Below are positions 10,822-22,078 of a stretch of 64,000 bases of DNA, piece by piece (positions within the stretch are counted from its first letter, which is position 1; each line of letters begins with the position of its first letter). The notes below the pieces were generated by a model that saw only the letters and a list, made by a program, of their open reading frames with translations, did not search any database and was not told the DNA's origin. The position numbers and the translations under genes were made by a program. Origin of the DNA: Rickettsiales bacterium (GTDB taxonomy: Bacteria; Pseudomonadota; Alphaproteobacteria; Rickettsiales; UBA3002); the NCBI GenBank assembly GCA_022763105.1, contig JALEGK010000067.1, forward strand, positions 1,811-65,810, given 5' to 3'.

Positions 10822-12804
10822 CTATGCAGGAAGTGCAATTGCATTCTTTAGTTTATCAATTGCGGCATCAATCGCAAGGAATTCTTGCCCTTCCTTACCC
10901 AATTCACGGATAGCCACGGACTGGTTTTCGACGTCCTTCGGCCCAACCGCAATGATAAATGGTATTTTCTTGTGGCTATGTTCACGCACTTTGTAATTGA
11001 TTTTATTGGTAGAAAGGTCGGTATTAACGCGCACACCAGCCGCTTCAAGCTTATCTGCTATCATTTGCGCATAGTCATCTTGCTCATTGGTAATCGGGCA
11101 GACCACCGCTTGAACTGGCGCCAACCAATGCGGGAATTTACCGGCATAATTCTCAATCAGAATACCTAAGAAACGCTCTAATGAGCCTAAAATCGCGCGA
11201 TGAAGCATCACTGGGCGGTGTTTTTCACCATCTTCAGCAATATACGCCGCATTCAAACGCTCTGGCAGCACGAAATCGAGCTGCAAGGTGCCACACTGCC
11301 AAGTACGACCAATCGCATCTTTCAGGTGAAACTCAAGCTTAGGCCCATAAAACGCGCCTTCATTCGGCTCAATCGAATAGTCTAAGCCAGCCGCTTTGAC
11401 CGCTTCCGCTAAGCCAGACTCGGCCTTATCCCAGGTTTCATCGCTACCAGCACGCACCTCTGGACGAGTCGCCAGCTTCACATCTACTTCGGTAAAGCCC
11501 AAATCATTATAGACATCTTCAAGCAGACGACAGAAACGCTCGGTCTCTTCAACAATCTGATCTTCGGTACAGAAGATATGCGCATCATCTTGCACCATAG
11601 CGCGCACGCGCATCAGACCATGAAGCGCACCGGTTGGTTCATTACGGTGACACGAGCCAAACTCAGCCATACGCAATGGCAAATCGCGATAAGACTTAAT
11701 ACCCTGATTGAAAATCTGCACATGGCACGGGCAGTTCATCGGCTTAATCGCAAGCGTGCGATCTTCATCTTCATCGGCCACGGTAAACATATTCTCACGA
11801 AATTTATCCCAGTGGCCTGACTTCTCCCACAAGGTGCGATCGACCAAAATAGGCGTCTTCACTTCCTGATAACCATCGGCACGGATTTTACGGCGAATAT
11901 AATCCTCAAGCTCACGGTATAACGTCCACCCCTTATCGTGCCAGAAGACCTGACCTTGCGCTTCTTCCTGAATATGGAACAAATCGAGCTCACGTCCCAA
12001 TTTACGATGGTCGCGCTTCTCCGCTTCCTCAATCATGGTGAGATATGACTTCAACTCATCCTTAGACGCAAACGCCACGCCGTAAATACGCTGAAGCATT
12101 TTATTTTTGCTATCACCACGCCAGTAAGCACCGGCAAGCTTGGTTAGCTTAAAATATTTGGCGATATGACCAAGGGAAGGGGTGTGCGGCCCACGACATA
12201 AATCGATAAAGGCATCATCACCTTCACCCTGACGATACAATGAAATCTTACCTGCTTCGGTCGTATCATCAGCTGGAGCATTCTCAATCAACTCTGCCTT
12301 ATAGGATTCTCCACGACCATTAAACATCGCTATTGCCTCAGCGCGGTCCCACATCTCGCGGGTAACGGTAAGCTTGCGCCCCAGAATCTCTTTCATCTTC
12401 TCTTCGATCTTTGGCAGATCTTCTGGCGTAATCTTTTCATCTAAATCGACGTCGTAATAAAAACCATGCTCAATCGTCGGACCAATAGCGAGCTTCGCCG
12501 CAGGCCACATCTCTTTTACTGCCAAAGCCAATACCTGCGCCGTAAGCGTGTGGCGCATAATCTCAAGACCTTCTTCGTCTTTTGGTGTAAGGATATTGAC
12601 GTTCGCATCATGGGTGATCGGCAGATACAAATCGCGCTGCACACCATCAACATTGACCGCAACGGCTGCTTTCGCCAAACCGGGGCCAATCGATGCCGCC
12701 AATTCTTCACCAGTCACAGCATGATCGAATGCTTTTGTGGAACCGTCAGGCAGCGTAATGGTAACCGGTTGATCGGCTGAGATGGCAGATTGCGTCATAA
12801 TCAC
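10822..12804 (-). CDS. thrS: Threonine--tRNA ligase
   Basis: 660 aa. TGS N-terminus, class II core (FRMAEFG-like [11 protein letters not shown]) and an anticodon-binding C-terminus. Confidence 0.95.
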   Translation of the reverse strand: MIMTQSAISADQPVTITLPDGSTKAFDHAVTGEELAASIGPGLAKAAVAVNVDGVQRDLYLPITHDANVNILTPKDEEGLEIMRHTLTAQVLALAVKEMWPAAKLAIGPTIEHGFYYDVDLDEKITPEDLPKIEEKMKEILGRKLTVTREMWDRAEAIAMFNGRGESYKAELIENAPADDTTEAGKISLYRQGEGDDAFIDLCRGPHTPSLGHIAKYFKLTKLAGAYWRGDSKNKMLQRIYGVAFASKDELKSYLTMIEEAEKRDHRKLGRELDLFHIQEEAQGQVFWHDKGWTLYRELEDYIRRKIRADGYQEVKTPILVDRTLWEKSGHWDKFRENMFTVADEDEDRTLAIKPMNCPCHVQIFNQGIKSYRDLPLRMAEFGSCHRNEPTGALHGLMRVRAMVQDDAHIFCTEDQIVEETERFCRLLEDVYNDLGFTEVDVKLATRPEVRAGSDETWDKAESGLAEAVKAAGLDYSIEPNEGAFYGPKLEFHLKDAIGRTWQCGTLQLDFVLPERLNAAYIAEDGEKHRPVMLHRAILGSLERFLGILIENYAGKFPHWLAPVQAVVCPITNEQDDYAQMIADKLEAAGVRVNTDLSTNKINYKVREHSHKKIPFIIAVGPKDVENQSVAIRELGKEGQEFLAIDAAIDKLKNAIALPA

Positions 12805-12849
12805 TTCTTTCTATTGGAAAACATGAGATAAGTGCGCTCAGAGCTTAAG

Positions 12850-13782
12850 TCAAGCTCTCTGTACCAGCTTGACATGGGTTTGCACATCATCCGGCAATAA
12901 TTTGGTCAAATCGTTCTCTTGTAGCACCGTTACATGCTTTCCGCGTGGGGCACACAGATCAGGATTTGACTCTGCAGAAAACAGCACCACCGAATTACAT
13001 CGTACCGCTGCAATAATATGCATCGGCCCCGTGTCATTACCAATGGCATATTCAGCCTTTCGGCCAAGCGACGCAACTTGTCCAAAGCTGGTCTTATCAC
13101 ATAAATTCACGGCCTTCGGCACACGTGCTGCAATATGATTCAGCAGCTTCTCTTCAGCCTTTGTGCCAATCAGCACAGGGATATGGCCTTGCTCTACAAT
13201 CCATTTAGTCAAATGCGAATAATACTCTAGCGGCCAGCGCTTCTTCGGGCGATGCGCGGAACCACCCGGTACAATCATCACGTAAGGCACATCTGGTTTG
13301 ATGTCAGCAATATCATCTTTCAGCCAACCAATACTTGGAGAAGGCACGCGGGTAATACCCGTCATCTTCAATTGCTGCTTCTGACGCTCAATGGTGTGCA
13401 GCGTTTTACGCTCTGGCGTGTTGTGCCTAAAACTGGCCTTCTTCGCGATACCGGAGAATTCTGGCTTACCACGTAAGAACCGCAAATATAACGAGCTACG
13501 GCTTGAGGTCTGCAAATCATAGACAAAGACATAAGCCCGCCTGCGAAGCATATTATAGAGCTTGATGCATTTACCAATTTGCCAAGGCTTTGGTCGCACA
13601 TCAACGAGCACCTCATCAACATGCGGACACATCTGAAACAATGACGCAAACGCGGGAGAGGTCAATACAGTGATATGGGCAATCGGGTTATTCTTACGAA
13701 TCGCCGCAATAGGCCCACTCGCCAGAACAATATCGCCCAACGCACCATGTTTAATGATCAGAATGTTATCTAAAGCACTCAT
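12850..13782 (-). CDS. Glycosyltransferase family 9 (LPS heptosyltransferase-like)
   Basis: 310 aa. ILIIKHGALGDIV N-terminus and GNDTGPMHIAA motif. Confidence 0.8.
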   Translation of the reverse strand: MSALDNILIIKHGALGDIVLASGPIAAIRKNNPIAHITVLTSPAFASLFQMCPHVDEVLVDVRPKPWQIGKCIKLYNMLRRRAYVFVYDLQTSSRSSLYLRFLRGKPEFSGIAKKASFRHNTPERKTLHTIERQKQQLKMTGITRVPSPSIGWLKDDIADIKPDVPYVMIVPGGSAHRPKKRWPLEYYSHLTKWIVEQGHIPVLIGTKAEEKLLNHIAARVPKAVNLCDKTSFGQVASLGRKAEYAIGNDTGPMHIIAAVRCNSVVLFSAESNPDLCAPRGKHVTVLQENDLTKLLPDDVQTHVKLVQRA

Positions 13783-13788
13783 CGCAGA

Positions 13789-14925
13789 TTACGATAGCAG
13801 GGTTTTATAAAGCTCAATAGTTTTATGCTGCATAACATCGAGCGAGAAATTTTCTCTAATATGCTGCATACCGGCATAACCCATCGATTCCCTATCTTCA
13901 GCAGACATCTCCAAAGCGACCTTCATGGCTTCGGCCATGCCGTCTTCATCGCCCGGCTCAACCAAAAAGCCCGTTTCATTATGCTTGATAGTCTCCATCG
14001 CCCCGCCATGATTCGTCGCAATCACTAGCTTGCCCATCGCTTGCGCTTCTACTGGCACACGGCCAAATGCCTCAGGCTCCATCGATGGCACCACAACAAT
14101 ATCGCTAAGCGCATAAGCCTCAGTCATGTATTTGGTGTGTGGTGTGAAGCGGATATGCTCTTCCATACCCAATTCAACAATCAGGGTTTTCATTTCTTCT
14201 AAATAACCCGGATGCCCGCCAGCATCCCCGCAAAGCAAACATAGAAACTTATGATCTTTTAGTTGCGAGAGGGAGCAAATCAGAAACTCATGGCCCTTCC
14301 AGCGCGTAATACGGCCGGGCAGCAAAATCACTGGGCGAGGGTCATCCGGCAAATGCCATTCTTTTGCCAACTCTTCTAAGAAACCCGGCGTCACCTGATC
14401 GGGGCCAAACAAAGACATATCAGCACCGCGATGAATCAACTCAATCTTGAGCGGGTCACATGGGTAATTCTCTATGATGTGATCGCGGATGTGGCGCGAC
14501 ACGGCAATCACACGATCACCCAGCGTCATCACCTTATTATAATGAAGTTTTATCGGCGGCTTAAGCCCATACACACCATGAAAAGTGGTGACAAACGGAC
14601 GGCCAGTAATCTTCGCCGCATAATAAGCAGACCATGCCGGAGCACGTGAGCGTGCATGAACAATATCGACTTCTTCATCGCGAATGATCTTTGCGAGTGC
14701 TTTGATGTTCTTAATGATCTTTAGTGGGTTTTTTGATTTGAGCGGCAATTGATAATGCTCGCCGCCACTATAGGCCACGCCAGACACCATCGGCCCGCCA
14801 GAAGAGGCAACCAAGCTACGCCAGCCATTACGTTTAATCGCGGTTGAAATTTCAATCGTGCCGCGCTCAACACCGCCGCTTTTTAGCGCAGGCAAAACTT
14901 GGAGTATCGTTGCTGGTTTTTGCAT
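13789..14925 (-). CDS. Glycosyltransferase family 4/1
   Basis: 378 aa. GT-B C-terminal motif EAFGRVPVEAQAMGKLVIATNHGG. Confidence 0.8.
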   Translation of the reverse strand: MQKPATILQVLPALKSGGVERGTIEISTAIKRNGWRSLVASSGGPMVSGVAYSGGEHYQLPLKSKNPLKIIKNIKALAKIIRDEEVDIVHARSRAPAWSAYYAAKITGRPFVTTFHGVYGLKPPIKLHYNKVMTLGDRVIAVSRHIRDHIIENYPCDPLKIELIHRGADMSLFGPDQVTPGFLEELAKEWHLPDDPRPVILLPGRITRWKGHEFLICSLSQLKDHKFLCLLCGDAGGHPGYLEEMKTLIVELGMEEHIRFTPHTKYMTEAYALSDIVVVPSMEPEAFGRVPVEAQAMGKLVIATNHGGAMETIKHNETGFLVEPGDEDGMAEAMKVALEMSAEDRESMGYAGMQHIRENFSLDVMQHKTIELYKTLLS

Positions 14926-15034
14926 GCAGATTATTTAAGCGAAGCTATAGATATTGTCGTGCCTTAAAAGCGGCTTATGGATAAGTTTGCGCTCATGATT
15001 GCCAAAGGCTTTCATTCGCTGGCATAAGAATGCC

Positions 15035-15799
15035 ATGAGCAGCCCTAAACCACATAAGACATTACAACTAGAGTCCGGCGCGACACTCGCCTACCACCAC
15101 CATGAGGGCAGCACGCCCGGCGTCATGTTTATGGGCGGCTTTATGTCCGATATGGAAGGCGGTAAAGCTACCGCCGTCGAAGCGTTTTGCGTAGAACATG
15201 GCATTCAGGTGACCCGATTTGATTATCAAGGCCACGGCATGTCATCCGGCGTCTTTGAAAATGGCACCATTGGTGAATGGGCGCAAGATGCCATTGCCAT
15301 CCTCGATGAAGTCACCACAGGTCCACAAATCGTTATTGGCTCTAGCATGGGCGGATGGCTGATGCTGCACGTCGCACTCGCCAGACCAGAGCGTGTCACA
15401 GCGTTAATTGGTATTGCTGCCGCACCTGACTTCACCGAGAATCTGCTGTGGGAACAGATGACAGATGAACAAAAGCAAGAGTTAGAAGAGAAGGGCGTGT
15501 TCTACGCACCATCATGCTACGGCGATGATCCATATCCAATCAGCAAAACCCTCATTGAGGACGGGCGCAACCAGATGCTACTCGATCAGCCCATCAATAT
15601 CGATATGCCCGTAAGACTGATTCATGGCTGCCAAGACCCGGATGTGCCGTGGCAACTCTCCACACAACTCAGCGATCAACTCACCAGCAATGATGTTGAA
15701 ATTTCACTAGTGAAAAACGGCGATCACCGCATGTCATCGCCCGAGCAAATCGCACTGTTGCTGCAGACGATAAAAACTTTAAGAAAACACTGCGCATAA
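15035..15799 (+). CDS. Alpha/beta hydrolase
   Basis: 254 aa from the ATG at 15035 (the ORF track starts at TTG 14999). Nucleophile elbow GSSMGG and a late GDHRM His. Confidence 0.75.
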   Translation: MSSPKPHKTLQLESGATLAYHHHEGSTPGVMFMGGFMSDMEGGKATAVEAFCVEHGIQVTRFDYQGHGMSSGVFENGTIGEWAQDAIAILDEVTTGPQIVIGSSMGGWLMLHVALARPERVTALIGIAAAPDFTENLLWEQMTDEQKQELEEKGVFYAPSCYGDDPYPISKTLIEDGRNQMLLDQPINIDMPVRLIHGCQDPDVPWQLSTQLSDQLTSNDVEISLVKNGDHRMSSPEQIALLLQTIKTLRKHCA

Positions 15800-15877
15800 G
15801 CCATTTTTTCTTTTGCATTCCATCGATTGTATCGTTACACATACGCGTGATTTTTCTGCATTGTTAAGGAATCCCGC

Positions 15878-17041
15878 ATGAAACCAACCACACGCCCACA
15901 GAATCCTGAATTCTCTTCTGGCCCATGCGCCAAGCGCCCCGGCTGGAATTTAGACGCATTAAAAGACGCGGCAACCGGTCGTTCTCACCGTGCTAAAATC
16001 GGCAAATCCAAACTGAAAGAGGTCATTGACCGCTCAAAAGCGATTCTTGGCCTGCCAGACGATTATGTGCTGGGTATTGTGCCTGCATCCGACACGGGCG
16101 CGATTGAAATGGCAATGTGGAGCATGCTAGGCGCACGTGGCGTTGATGTGCTTGCGTGGGAAAGCTTCGGCTCTGGCTGGGTAAAAGACATTACCAAACA
16201 ACTCAAACTAGAAGACGTAAACACCTACGAAGCTGGCTACGGCGCAATCCCAGATTTAACCCAAGTCGATTGGTCTCGCGATGTCGTCTTCACATGGAAT
16301 GGTACGACCTCAGGCGTATGCGCTCCTAACGGTGACTGGATTGCCGATGACCGTGAAGGCTTAGCCATTTGCGACGCAACCTCAGCCGTATTTGCAATGG
16401 ATATTCCATACAACAAACTCGATGTCATCACATGGTCTTGGCAAAAAGTCATGGGCGGAGAGGCAGCTCACGGCATGATCGCACTCAGCCCGAAAGCAGT
16501 TGCACGCCTAGAGAGCTACACACCCGCATGGCCACTACCAAAGATTTTCCAGATGACCAAAGGCGGCAAGCTGATTGACGGCATCTTTGAAGGTGCCACC
16601 ATCAACACCCCATCCATGATCGCGGTAGAAGATGCGCTCGATGGGCTAAAATGGGCAGAATCAATAGGCGGACTAGAAGCGCTAATCAACCGCTCAAAAG
16701 CGAATCTCAATGCGGTAGAGAAATGGGTCGCTAAAACGGACTGGGTAGACTTCCTGGCAGAAGGTGTGGCAACACGCTCTTGCACCTCTATCTGCTTAAA
16801 GATTGTTGACCCTTGGTATCAAGGCCTAACCGATGAAGAGCAAGCAGCAGGTGCAAAAAAGATCGCTTCACTGCTCGATGCAGAAGGCGTGGCATATGAT
16901 ATCGGCGCCTACCGTGATGCACCTCCGGGCTTGCGTCTATGGGGTGGCGCAACGGTAGAGACCAGCGATATGGAAGCATTGCTCCCATGGCTCGACTGGG
17001 CATTTGAAGAAATGAAAGGTGAGGTGGCGCAAGCCGCATAA
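15878..17041 (+). CDS. serC: Phosphoserine aminotransferase (long alpha-type)
   Basis: 387 aa. Directly upstream of serA. Overall pattern matches the ~390-aa SerC class. Confidence 0.85.
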   Translation: MKPTTRPQNPEFSSGPCAKRPGWNLDALKDAATGRSHRAKIGKSKLKEVIDRSKAILGLPDDYVLGIVPASDTGAIEMAMWSMLGARGVDVLAWESFGSGWVKDITKQLKLEDVNTYEAGYGAIPDLTQVDWSRDVVFTWNGTTSGVCAPNGDWIADDREGLAICDATSAVFAMDIPYNKLDVITWSWQKVMGGEAAHGMIALSPKAVARLESYTPAWPLPKIFQMTKGGKLIDGIFEGATINTPSMIAVEDALDGLKWAESIGGLEALINRSKANLNAVEKWVAKTDWVDFLAEGVATRSCTSICLKIVDPWYQGLTDEEQAAGAKKIASLLDAEGVAYDIGAYRDAPPGLRLWGGATVETSDMEALLPWLDWAFEEMKGEVAQAA

Positions 17042-17064
17042 TTTGGCAGAAGATAGGAGACATC

Positions 17065-18645
17065 ATGCCTAAAGTATTGATCTCAGATAAACTGAGTCCG
17101 AAAGCAAAAGAGATTTTTGAATCAAACAACATCGATGTCGATGTCAAAGTCGGTATGAGCGAAGACGAATTGCTCGCATGCATCGGTGAATATGACGGTC
17201 TGGCAATTCGCTCAGCAACCACCGTTACCGAAAAGGTACTTCAAACCGCTACCAACCTGAAAGTCGTTGGCCGTGCGGGTATTGGTGTTGATAACGTCGA
17301 TATCAAAGCAGCCACCGCAAACGGTGTCGTGGTCATGAACACACCATTTGGTAACTCAGTCACCACCGCAGAGCATGCGCTATCACTGCTTATGTCGATG
17401 GCACGCAAAATCCCGCAAGCCAATGCTTCTACGCATGATGGCAAGTGGGAGAAAAGCAAATTCATGGGTACCGAAATTTCAGGCAAAACTCTTGGCCTGA
17501 TTGGTTGCGGTAACATCGGCTCTATCGTTGCAGACCGCGCGCAAGGCCTGAAGATGAAAGTCATGGCTTACGACCCATTCCTATCAACGGAACATGCTGC
17601 CGCGATCAATGTCGAGAAAGTCGAGCTAGATGCCTTGCTGGCACGTGCTGACTTTATCTCACTACACACACCACTGAATGACGCAACCCGTCACATCCTG
17701 AATAAGGAAGCGCTATCGAAGACCAAAAAAGGTGTCATGATTGTGAACTGCGCACGTGGCGGCCTGGTTGTCGAATCGGACATTAAAGAACTACTGGAGT
17801 CTGGTCATGTTGCCGCAGCTGCCTTTGACGTGTTCGAAGAAGAGCCAGCAAAAGAGAATGTACTATTTGGCCTAGAGAATGTCGTATGTACGCCGCATCT
17901 CGGCGCATCTACTTCTGAGGCGCAAGAAAATGTAGCCGTGCAGGTAGCAGAGCAAATGTCTGATTACCTAAATAACGGCACCGTGACTAACGCGCTCAAC
18001 ATGCCATCTGTATCGGCTGAAGATGCCGCCAAGCTAAAGCCATATATTACGCTTGCAGGCCAGTTGGGCAGCTTTGCCGGTCAGATTACCGAGAGTGGCC
18101 TCAGCAAAGTTATCATCGAGTATGAAGGCGATGCATGCGCACTCAATACCAAGCCACTCACCGCCGCAGCACTAAACGGCCTGCTTCAACCCCTCATGGA
18201 AGGGGTGAACATGGTCAACGCACCGGTGATTGCGAAAGAACGTGATATTCAGGTAAGTGAGATCAAACATGAGCGTGCATCTAACTACAAAACCCTAATG
18301 CGCATTACCGTGACCAGTGAGCGTCGTGAACGTACCGTATGCGGCACCTTGTTCGGCGAGAATCCGCGCATTGTTGAGATCAATGCCGTACCATTAGAAG
18401 CCGCCGTTGCTGCCAATATGCTTTATGTAAACAACGAAGATAAGCCCGGCCTGATCGGCCATGTCGGTAATCTTTTAGGTGGCGCGAACATTAATATTGC
18501 GAACTTCCATCTGGGCCGCACCAATGAAGGCGAGAAAGACGCGATTGCATTAATCGAAGTCGATCAAGAGCCGGGAAGCGATATTTTAGAAGCGATTAGC
18601 TCTGAAAGCAGCGTGAAACAAGTCAAAGCGCTGAAGTTCGCTTAA
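17065..18645 (+). CDS. serA: D-3-phosphoglycerate dehydrogenase
   Basis: 526 aa. NAD fold GLIGCGNIGS and a C-terminal ACT-like domain. RBS is TAGGAGA. Confidence 0.9.
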   Translation: MPKVLISDKLSPKAKEIFESNNIDVDVKVGMSEDELLACIGEYDGLAIRSATTVTEKVLQTATNLKVVGRAGIGVDNVDIKAATANGVVVMNTPFGNSVTTAEHALSLLMSMARKIPQANASTHDGKWEKSKFMGTEISGKTLGLIGCGNIGSIVADRAQGLKMKVMAYDPFLSTEHAAAINVEKVELDALLARADFISLHTPLNDATRHILNKEALSKTKKGVMIVNCARGGLVVESDIKELLESGHVAAAAFDVFEEEPAKENVLFGLENVVCTPHLGASTSEAQENVAVQVAEQMSDYLNNGTVTNALNMPSVSAEDAAKLKPYITLAGQLGSFAGQITESGLSKVIIEYEGDACALNTKPLTAAALNGLLQPLMEGVNMVNAPVIAKERDIQVSEIKHERASNYKTLMRITVTSERRERTVCGTLFGENPRIVEINAVPLEAAVAANMLYVNNEDKPGLIGHVGNLLGGANINIANFHLGRTNEGEKDAIALIEVDQEPGSDILEAISSESSVKQVKALKFA

Positions 18646-18671
18646 ACGATTCTAATCACTGTTTTTTGATA

Positions 18672-18705
18672 ATACCGAGCATGTTTTTCGTGCTCGGTAT
18701 TTTTT
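18672..18705 (+). terminator. Rho-independent terminator of serC-serA
   Basis: Perfect 10-bp stem ATACCGAGCA/TGCTCGGTAT, 9-nt loop, then TTTTT. Confidence 0.85.
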
Positions 18706-18768
18706 ATTCACAGCCGTTAACCATTGCTTAATAGTTCATTGCTATTCTGCATAAACCAACGGGGGATA

Positions 18769-18870
18769 ATGAAAAACAATGTTAGTTACGATTACAAAAA
18801 AACCAGAATATCTAAAACAGGCAAGCTACTCACTTCTAGCATCGGGCACCACGGGTTCGGTATGGTTTGA
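18769..18870 (+). CDS. Candidate 33-aa small ORF (MKNNVSYDYKKTRISKTGKLLTSSIGHHGFGMV)
   Basis: ATG preceded by GGGGGA. It lies in a ~255-bp space bounded by the serA terminator and the bidirectional terminator at 18961-18993. No homology evidence. This could instead be a non-coding transcript or nothing at all. Confidence 0.2.
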   Translation: MKNNVSYDYKKTRISKTGKLLTSSIGHHGFGMV

Positions 18871-18902
18871 AGATGAGGAAATCCACGAGTCGCTCGGCAA
18901 GC

Positions 18903-18935
18903 AAAATAGAAAAAAGCGTCCAGTAGTAGACGCTT
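18903..18935 (-). terminator. Second (backup) intrinsic terminator downstream of phaB
   Basis: On the minus strand: 7-bp stem AAGCGTC/GACGCTT, 8-nt loop, followed by TTTTCTATTTT. Confidence 0.55.
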
Positions 18936-18960
18936 AAACAAATACATCCTTTGAAGCACT

Positions 18961-18993
18961 AAAAAAGGCCTTGGGGTAACCCGAGGCCTTTTT
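18961..18993. terminator. Bidirectional intrinsic terminator
   Basis: Stem GGCCTTGGG/CCCGAGGCC with GTAA loop. AAAAAA on one side and TTTTT on the other. It ends phaB on the minus strand and any plus-strand transcript from the serA-phaB spacer. Confidence 0.8.
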
Positions 18994-19017
18994 GCATGCT
19001 ATTCATCGCAATCGCGA

Positions 19018-19755
19018 TTATTCCATATGCTGACCGCCATTTACAGACAGTGTCTCACCGGTAATAAACCCAGCTTCGTCTGCAATCAGGAAGCAAACCG
19101 CACGCGCGATTTCTTCTGGCTCGCCCAAACGGCCAACCGGAATGCCTGAAATGATTTTATTCAAAATATCTTCTGGCACAGCGCGCACCATGTCGGTGCC
19201 AATATAGCCCGGAGCTACCGCATTCACGGTAATGCCCTTGGCTGCCGTCTCGCGAGCAAGCGCTTTGGTAAAACCAAAAATACCAGCTTTAGCAGCAGAA
19301 TAGTTGGTCTGACCAAACTGACCCAACTGACCATTCACAGAAGAAATATTGACGATACGACCAAATTTGCGATCACGCATCGAATCGATCACGCATGCCA
19401 CCATATTGTAGCAAGAAGAAAGGTTCGTTGCGATCACGTCATTCCAATTCTCTTCTGACATTTTGTGAATCGCACCATCACGCGTAATACCCGCATTGTT
19501 GATCAGCACATCAACCGGCTTACCCTTAGCTTCTACAATCTTTGCAATCTCAGTCTTACAAGCTTCAGCGTCTGACACATCCCACTTAGCAACATCGATA
19601 CCGGTTGCTTCTTTGAATGCGTTGGCTTTCTCATCGTTACCCGCATAATTGGCAACCACCTCATAGCCTGCTTGTTTTAAATCCACGCAAATCGCCTTAC
19701 CAATACCGCGCGTACCGCCGGTTACAATGGCTAAGCGCCCATCACCTTTTGACAT
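19018..19755 (-). CDS. phaB: Acetoacetyl-CoA reductase (SDR)
   Basis: 245 aa. TGGTRGIG cofactor motif and the YSAAK catalytic motif. Adjacent to phaA. Confidence 0.85.
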   Translation of the reverse strand: MSKGDGRLAIVTGGTRGIGKAICVDLKQAGYEVVANYAGNDEKANAFKEATGIDVAKWDVSDAEACKTEIAKIVEAKGKPVDVLINNAGITRDGAIHKMSEENWNDVIATNLSSCYNMVACVIDSMRDRKFGRIVNISSVNGQLGQFGQTNYSAAKAGIFGFTKALARETAAKGITVNAVAPGYIGTDMVRAVPEDILNKIISGIPVGRLGEPEEIARAVCFLIADEAGFITGETLSVNGGQHME

Positions 19756-19778
19756 TACCTAAACTCCTAAATCGTCAA

Positions 19779-20960
19779 TTAACGTTCAACACACATGGCG
19801 ATTCCCATACCGCCACCAATACACAATGTCGCCAAACCTTTCTTGGCATCACTGCGTTTCATTTCATGAAGCAGGGTGGTCAACACACGCGCGCCTGATG
19901 CACCAATTGGGTGACCCAGCGCAATCGCACCACCATTCACATTCACTTTGCTGGTATCCCAACCAAGGTCTTTATTCACTGCAATGGCTTGTGCAGCAAA
20001 AGCTTCGTTGGCTTCAACCAAATCCAGGTCATCTTTGCTCCAACCCGCTTTTTCTAGCGCTGACTTAGATGCCGGAATCGGACCAGTACCCATAATAGCC
20101 GGATCCACGCCGTCAGTAGACCAAGACTTGATAGTCGCAAGCGGTGTCAGGCCACGCTTATCAGCTTCTGCTTTACTCATAAGCAACACGGCTGCCGCAC
20201 CATCATTAATGCCCGAAGCGTTTCCTGCAGTAACCGAACCTTCTTTGCTAAAGGCCGCACGCAGACCAGACAGGCTTTCCGCTGTGGTTTCTGGCTTAGG
20301 GAATTCATCCGTATCGACGATATTCTCGCCCTTGCGGTGCTTCACTGTTACCGGCACAATCTCATCTTTAAATTTGCCCGCCTCCATCGCAGCACCCGCT
20401 TTTTGCTGCGAGCTTGCTGCGAATGCATCTTGCTCTTCACGAGAGATGCTGAATCTCTCAGCCACATTCTCTGCCGTAATACCCATATGGTAATCATTGA
20501 AGCAATCCCACAGACCATCGGTAATCATGGTATCAGCCAAGGTGGCATTACCCATTTTGGTGCCGGTACGTAGAGATGAACAATGCGGAGACAGGCTCAT
20601 ATTCTCTTGGCCCCCCGCAATCACAACCGATGCATCGCCCGATTTGATCGCTTGCAAGCCCATCGCAACCGCCCGCAAACCCGAACCACAGACTTGGTTG
20701 ATGGTGATAGCAGTCGTTGATTGCTCAAGCCCAGCTTTAATCACGGCTTGGCGAGCAGGGTTCTGGCCCACACCAGCCGTCAACACTTGGCCTAAAATCA
20801 CATCATCAACATCTGCGGCAGCAACATTCGTGCGCTCTAGCAATGCTTTAATGACGGTAGCACCCAAATCCGATGCAGCAACAGTAGATAATCCACCCAA
20901 AAAATTACCAATGGCGGTACGACACGCATCAACAATTACGATCTCGGTATCTGCAGACAT
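19779..20960 (-). CDS. phaA: Acetyl-CoA acetyltransferase (thiolase II)
   Basis: 393 aa. Active-site NQVCGSG, plus [14 protein letters not shown] and CIGGGMG. Confidence 0.9.
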   Translation of the reverse strand: MSADTEIVIVDACRTAIGNFLGGLSTVAASDLGATVIKALLERTNVAAADVDDVILGQVLTAGVGQNPARQAVIKAGLEQSTTAITINQVCGSGLRAVAMGLQAIKSGDASVVIAGGQENMSLSPHCSSLRTGTKMGNATLADTMITDGLWDCFNDYHMGITAENVAERFSISREEQDAFAASSQQKAGAAMEAGKFKDEIVPVTVKHRKGENIVDTDEFPKPETTAESLSGLRAAFSKEGSVTAGNASGINDGAAAVLLMSKAEADKRGLTPLATIKSWSTDGVDPAIMGTGPIPASKSALEKAGWSKDDLDLVEANEAFAAQAIAVNKDLGWDTSKVNVNGGAIALGHPIGASGARVLTTLLHEMKRSDAKKGLATLCIGGGMGIAMCVER

Positions 20961-21024
20961 GGCTTTCTCCTTATATTCCCTGAAATTTCGCGTGTTTTAG
21001 CAGGGTTGGCAGCTTTGTCCAGCA

Positions 21025-22008
21025 CTAGCTGTTGTGCAGCGCGTCAATCCACTTGGCATGTGGAAGCCATAGCTCTTTCTTGGCACGCTTACCCACAATC
21101 ATGCTGACATGCCCGCAATCCGGCGTAATCACATCGCAATCATCAATCATTTCACCCAAAGGTAAGGCGCTATGAAGCGGCACGATACGGTCTTGAGTAG
21201 GAGCAGAAATAAAAGTCGGACACTTAATAAGCTCAGGATCAATGCGCCATCCACGCACGCGCCATTCACCTTTGGCGAGCTTATTATTATACGGCCATTC
21301 AATTAAACATTCTTTCGCCACGGCCTTTGTTAACGGCACCCCGTCATTCACCCACGCCTCTACACCTAAGAAATGCTGACGTTCTTTTGGCTTCATCGTA
21401 GCCAATTTTGAATATTTCTGCTGGAAGTGCCACGGATTCGCCATATGAAAAGCCGATTGCACCCACGAAGCGGGCACATAGCTCTGCGCATCAATTTGCG
21501 CTTCAAACTCACTCAATGCGCGGTCATCAAGCAAATGCATATTCACACCTTGCGCCTTAAAATCCCATGGTGTGGCAAGCAATGTCAAACTATCGACATA
21601 ATAAGATTCAAGCTGGGTGAGGGCGAGGGCGAAGATACCGCCCATACAATAGCCAAGTACATGAATCGGCCCATCATGTTTACGGTAAATAGAGCGCAGC
21701 GCATCCCGCGCAAATTGATAGACATAATCGGCACAATCAAAATTCTGCTCGCGTAGGCCCGGCTCACCCCAATCCAACAGAAGCGGACGATAGCCTCTAT
21801 CAAGATAGAACTGCACCAAGCTCACCTCAGGGTTGAGATCCAGAATGTAAGATTTATTGATAAGAGAAGGGATACAGAAGATCGCAGGAGCATCGCGGTC
21901 TCCGCCATAATCTAACAATCTGGCATGGCCTTTTTGCCAAATCACATTACAGGCAGATTCTGCACGATAGCCCGGCTCACTTTGATACAGCGACAAGCCT
22001 TTCAGCAT
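21025..22008 (-). CDS. phaC: Short (class III/IV-like) poly(3-hydroxyalkanoate) synthase
   Basis: Lipase box GYCMGG and an alpha/beta core. The length from ATG 22008 is 327 aa, with TTG 22041 as an alternative. The 460-aa ORF-track version (to 22407) would overlap the upstream gene by 329 nt in another frame, so I truncate it. Confidence 0.75.
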   Translation of the reverse strand: MLKGLSLYQSEPGYRAESACNVIWQKGHARLLDYGGDRDAPAIFCIPSLINKSYILDLNPEVSLVQFYLDRGYRPLLLDWGEPGLREQNFDCADYVYQFARDALRSIYRKHDGPIHVLGYCMGGIFALALTQLESYYVDSLTLLATPWDFKAQGVNMHLLDDRALSEFEAQIDAQSYVPASWVQSAFHMANPWHFQQKYSKLATMKPKERQHFLGVEAWVNDGVPLTKAVAKECLIEWPYNNKLAKGEWRVRGWRIDPELIKCPTFISAPTQDRIVPLHSALPLGEMIDDCDVITPDCGHVSMIVGKRAKKELWLPHAKWIDALHNS

Positions 22009-22078
22009 CGCTTCCGAGCGGTTACACGCCTCAACATGCAACGCCTCTACAAATTGCTGATAATCGATGCCATCAACA

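Noticed and set aside
16788-17222. 144-aa minus-strand ORF spanning the serC-serA junction
   Set aside because: It lies antisense to two well-supported genes and the translation has no recognisable features.
18789-18947. ~52-aa minus-strand ORF in the serA-phaB spacer
   Set aside because: Its ATG has no usable RBS spacing, and it would start between two minus-strand terminators. I mention it only under the orphan-unit finding.
19826-21000. Plus-strand ORFs of 80-181 aa inside phaA
   Set aside because: They lie antisense to a clearly recognisable thiolase gene. They are Ala/Ser/Pro-rich, as is typical of antisense frames in GC-richer genes.
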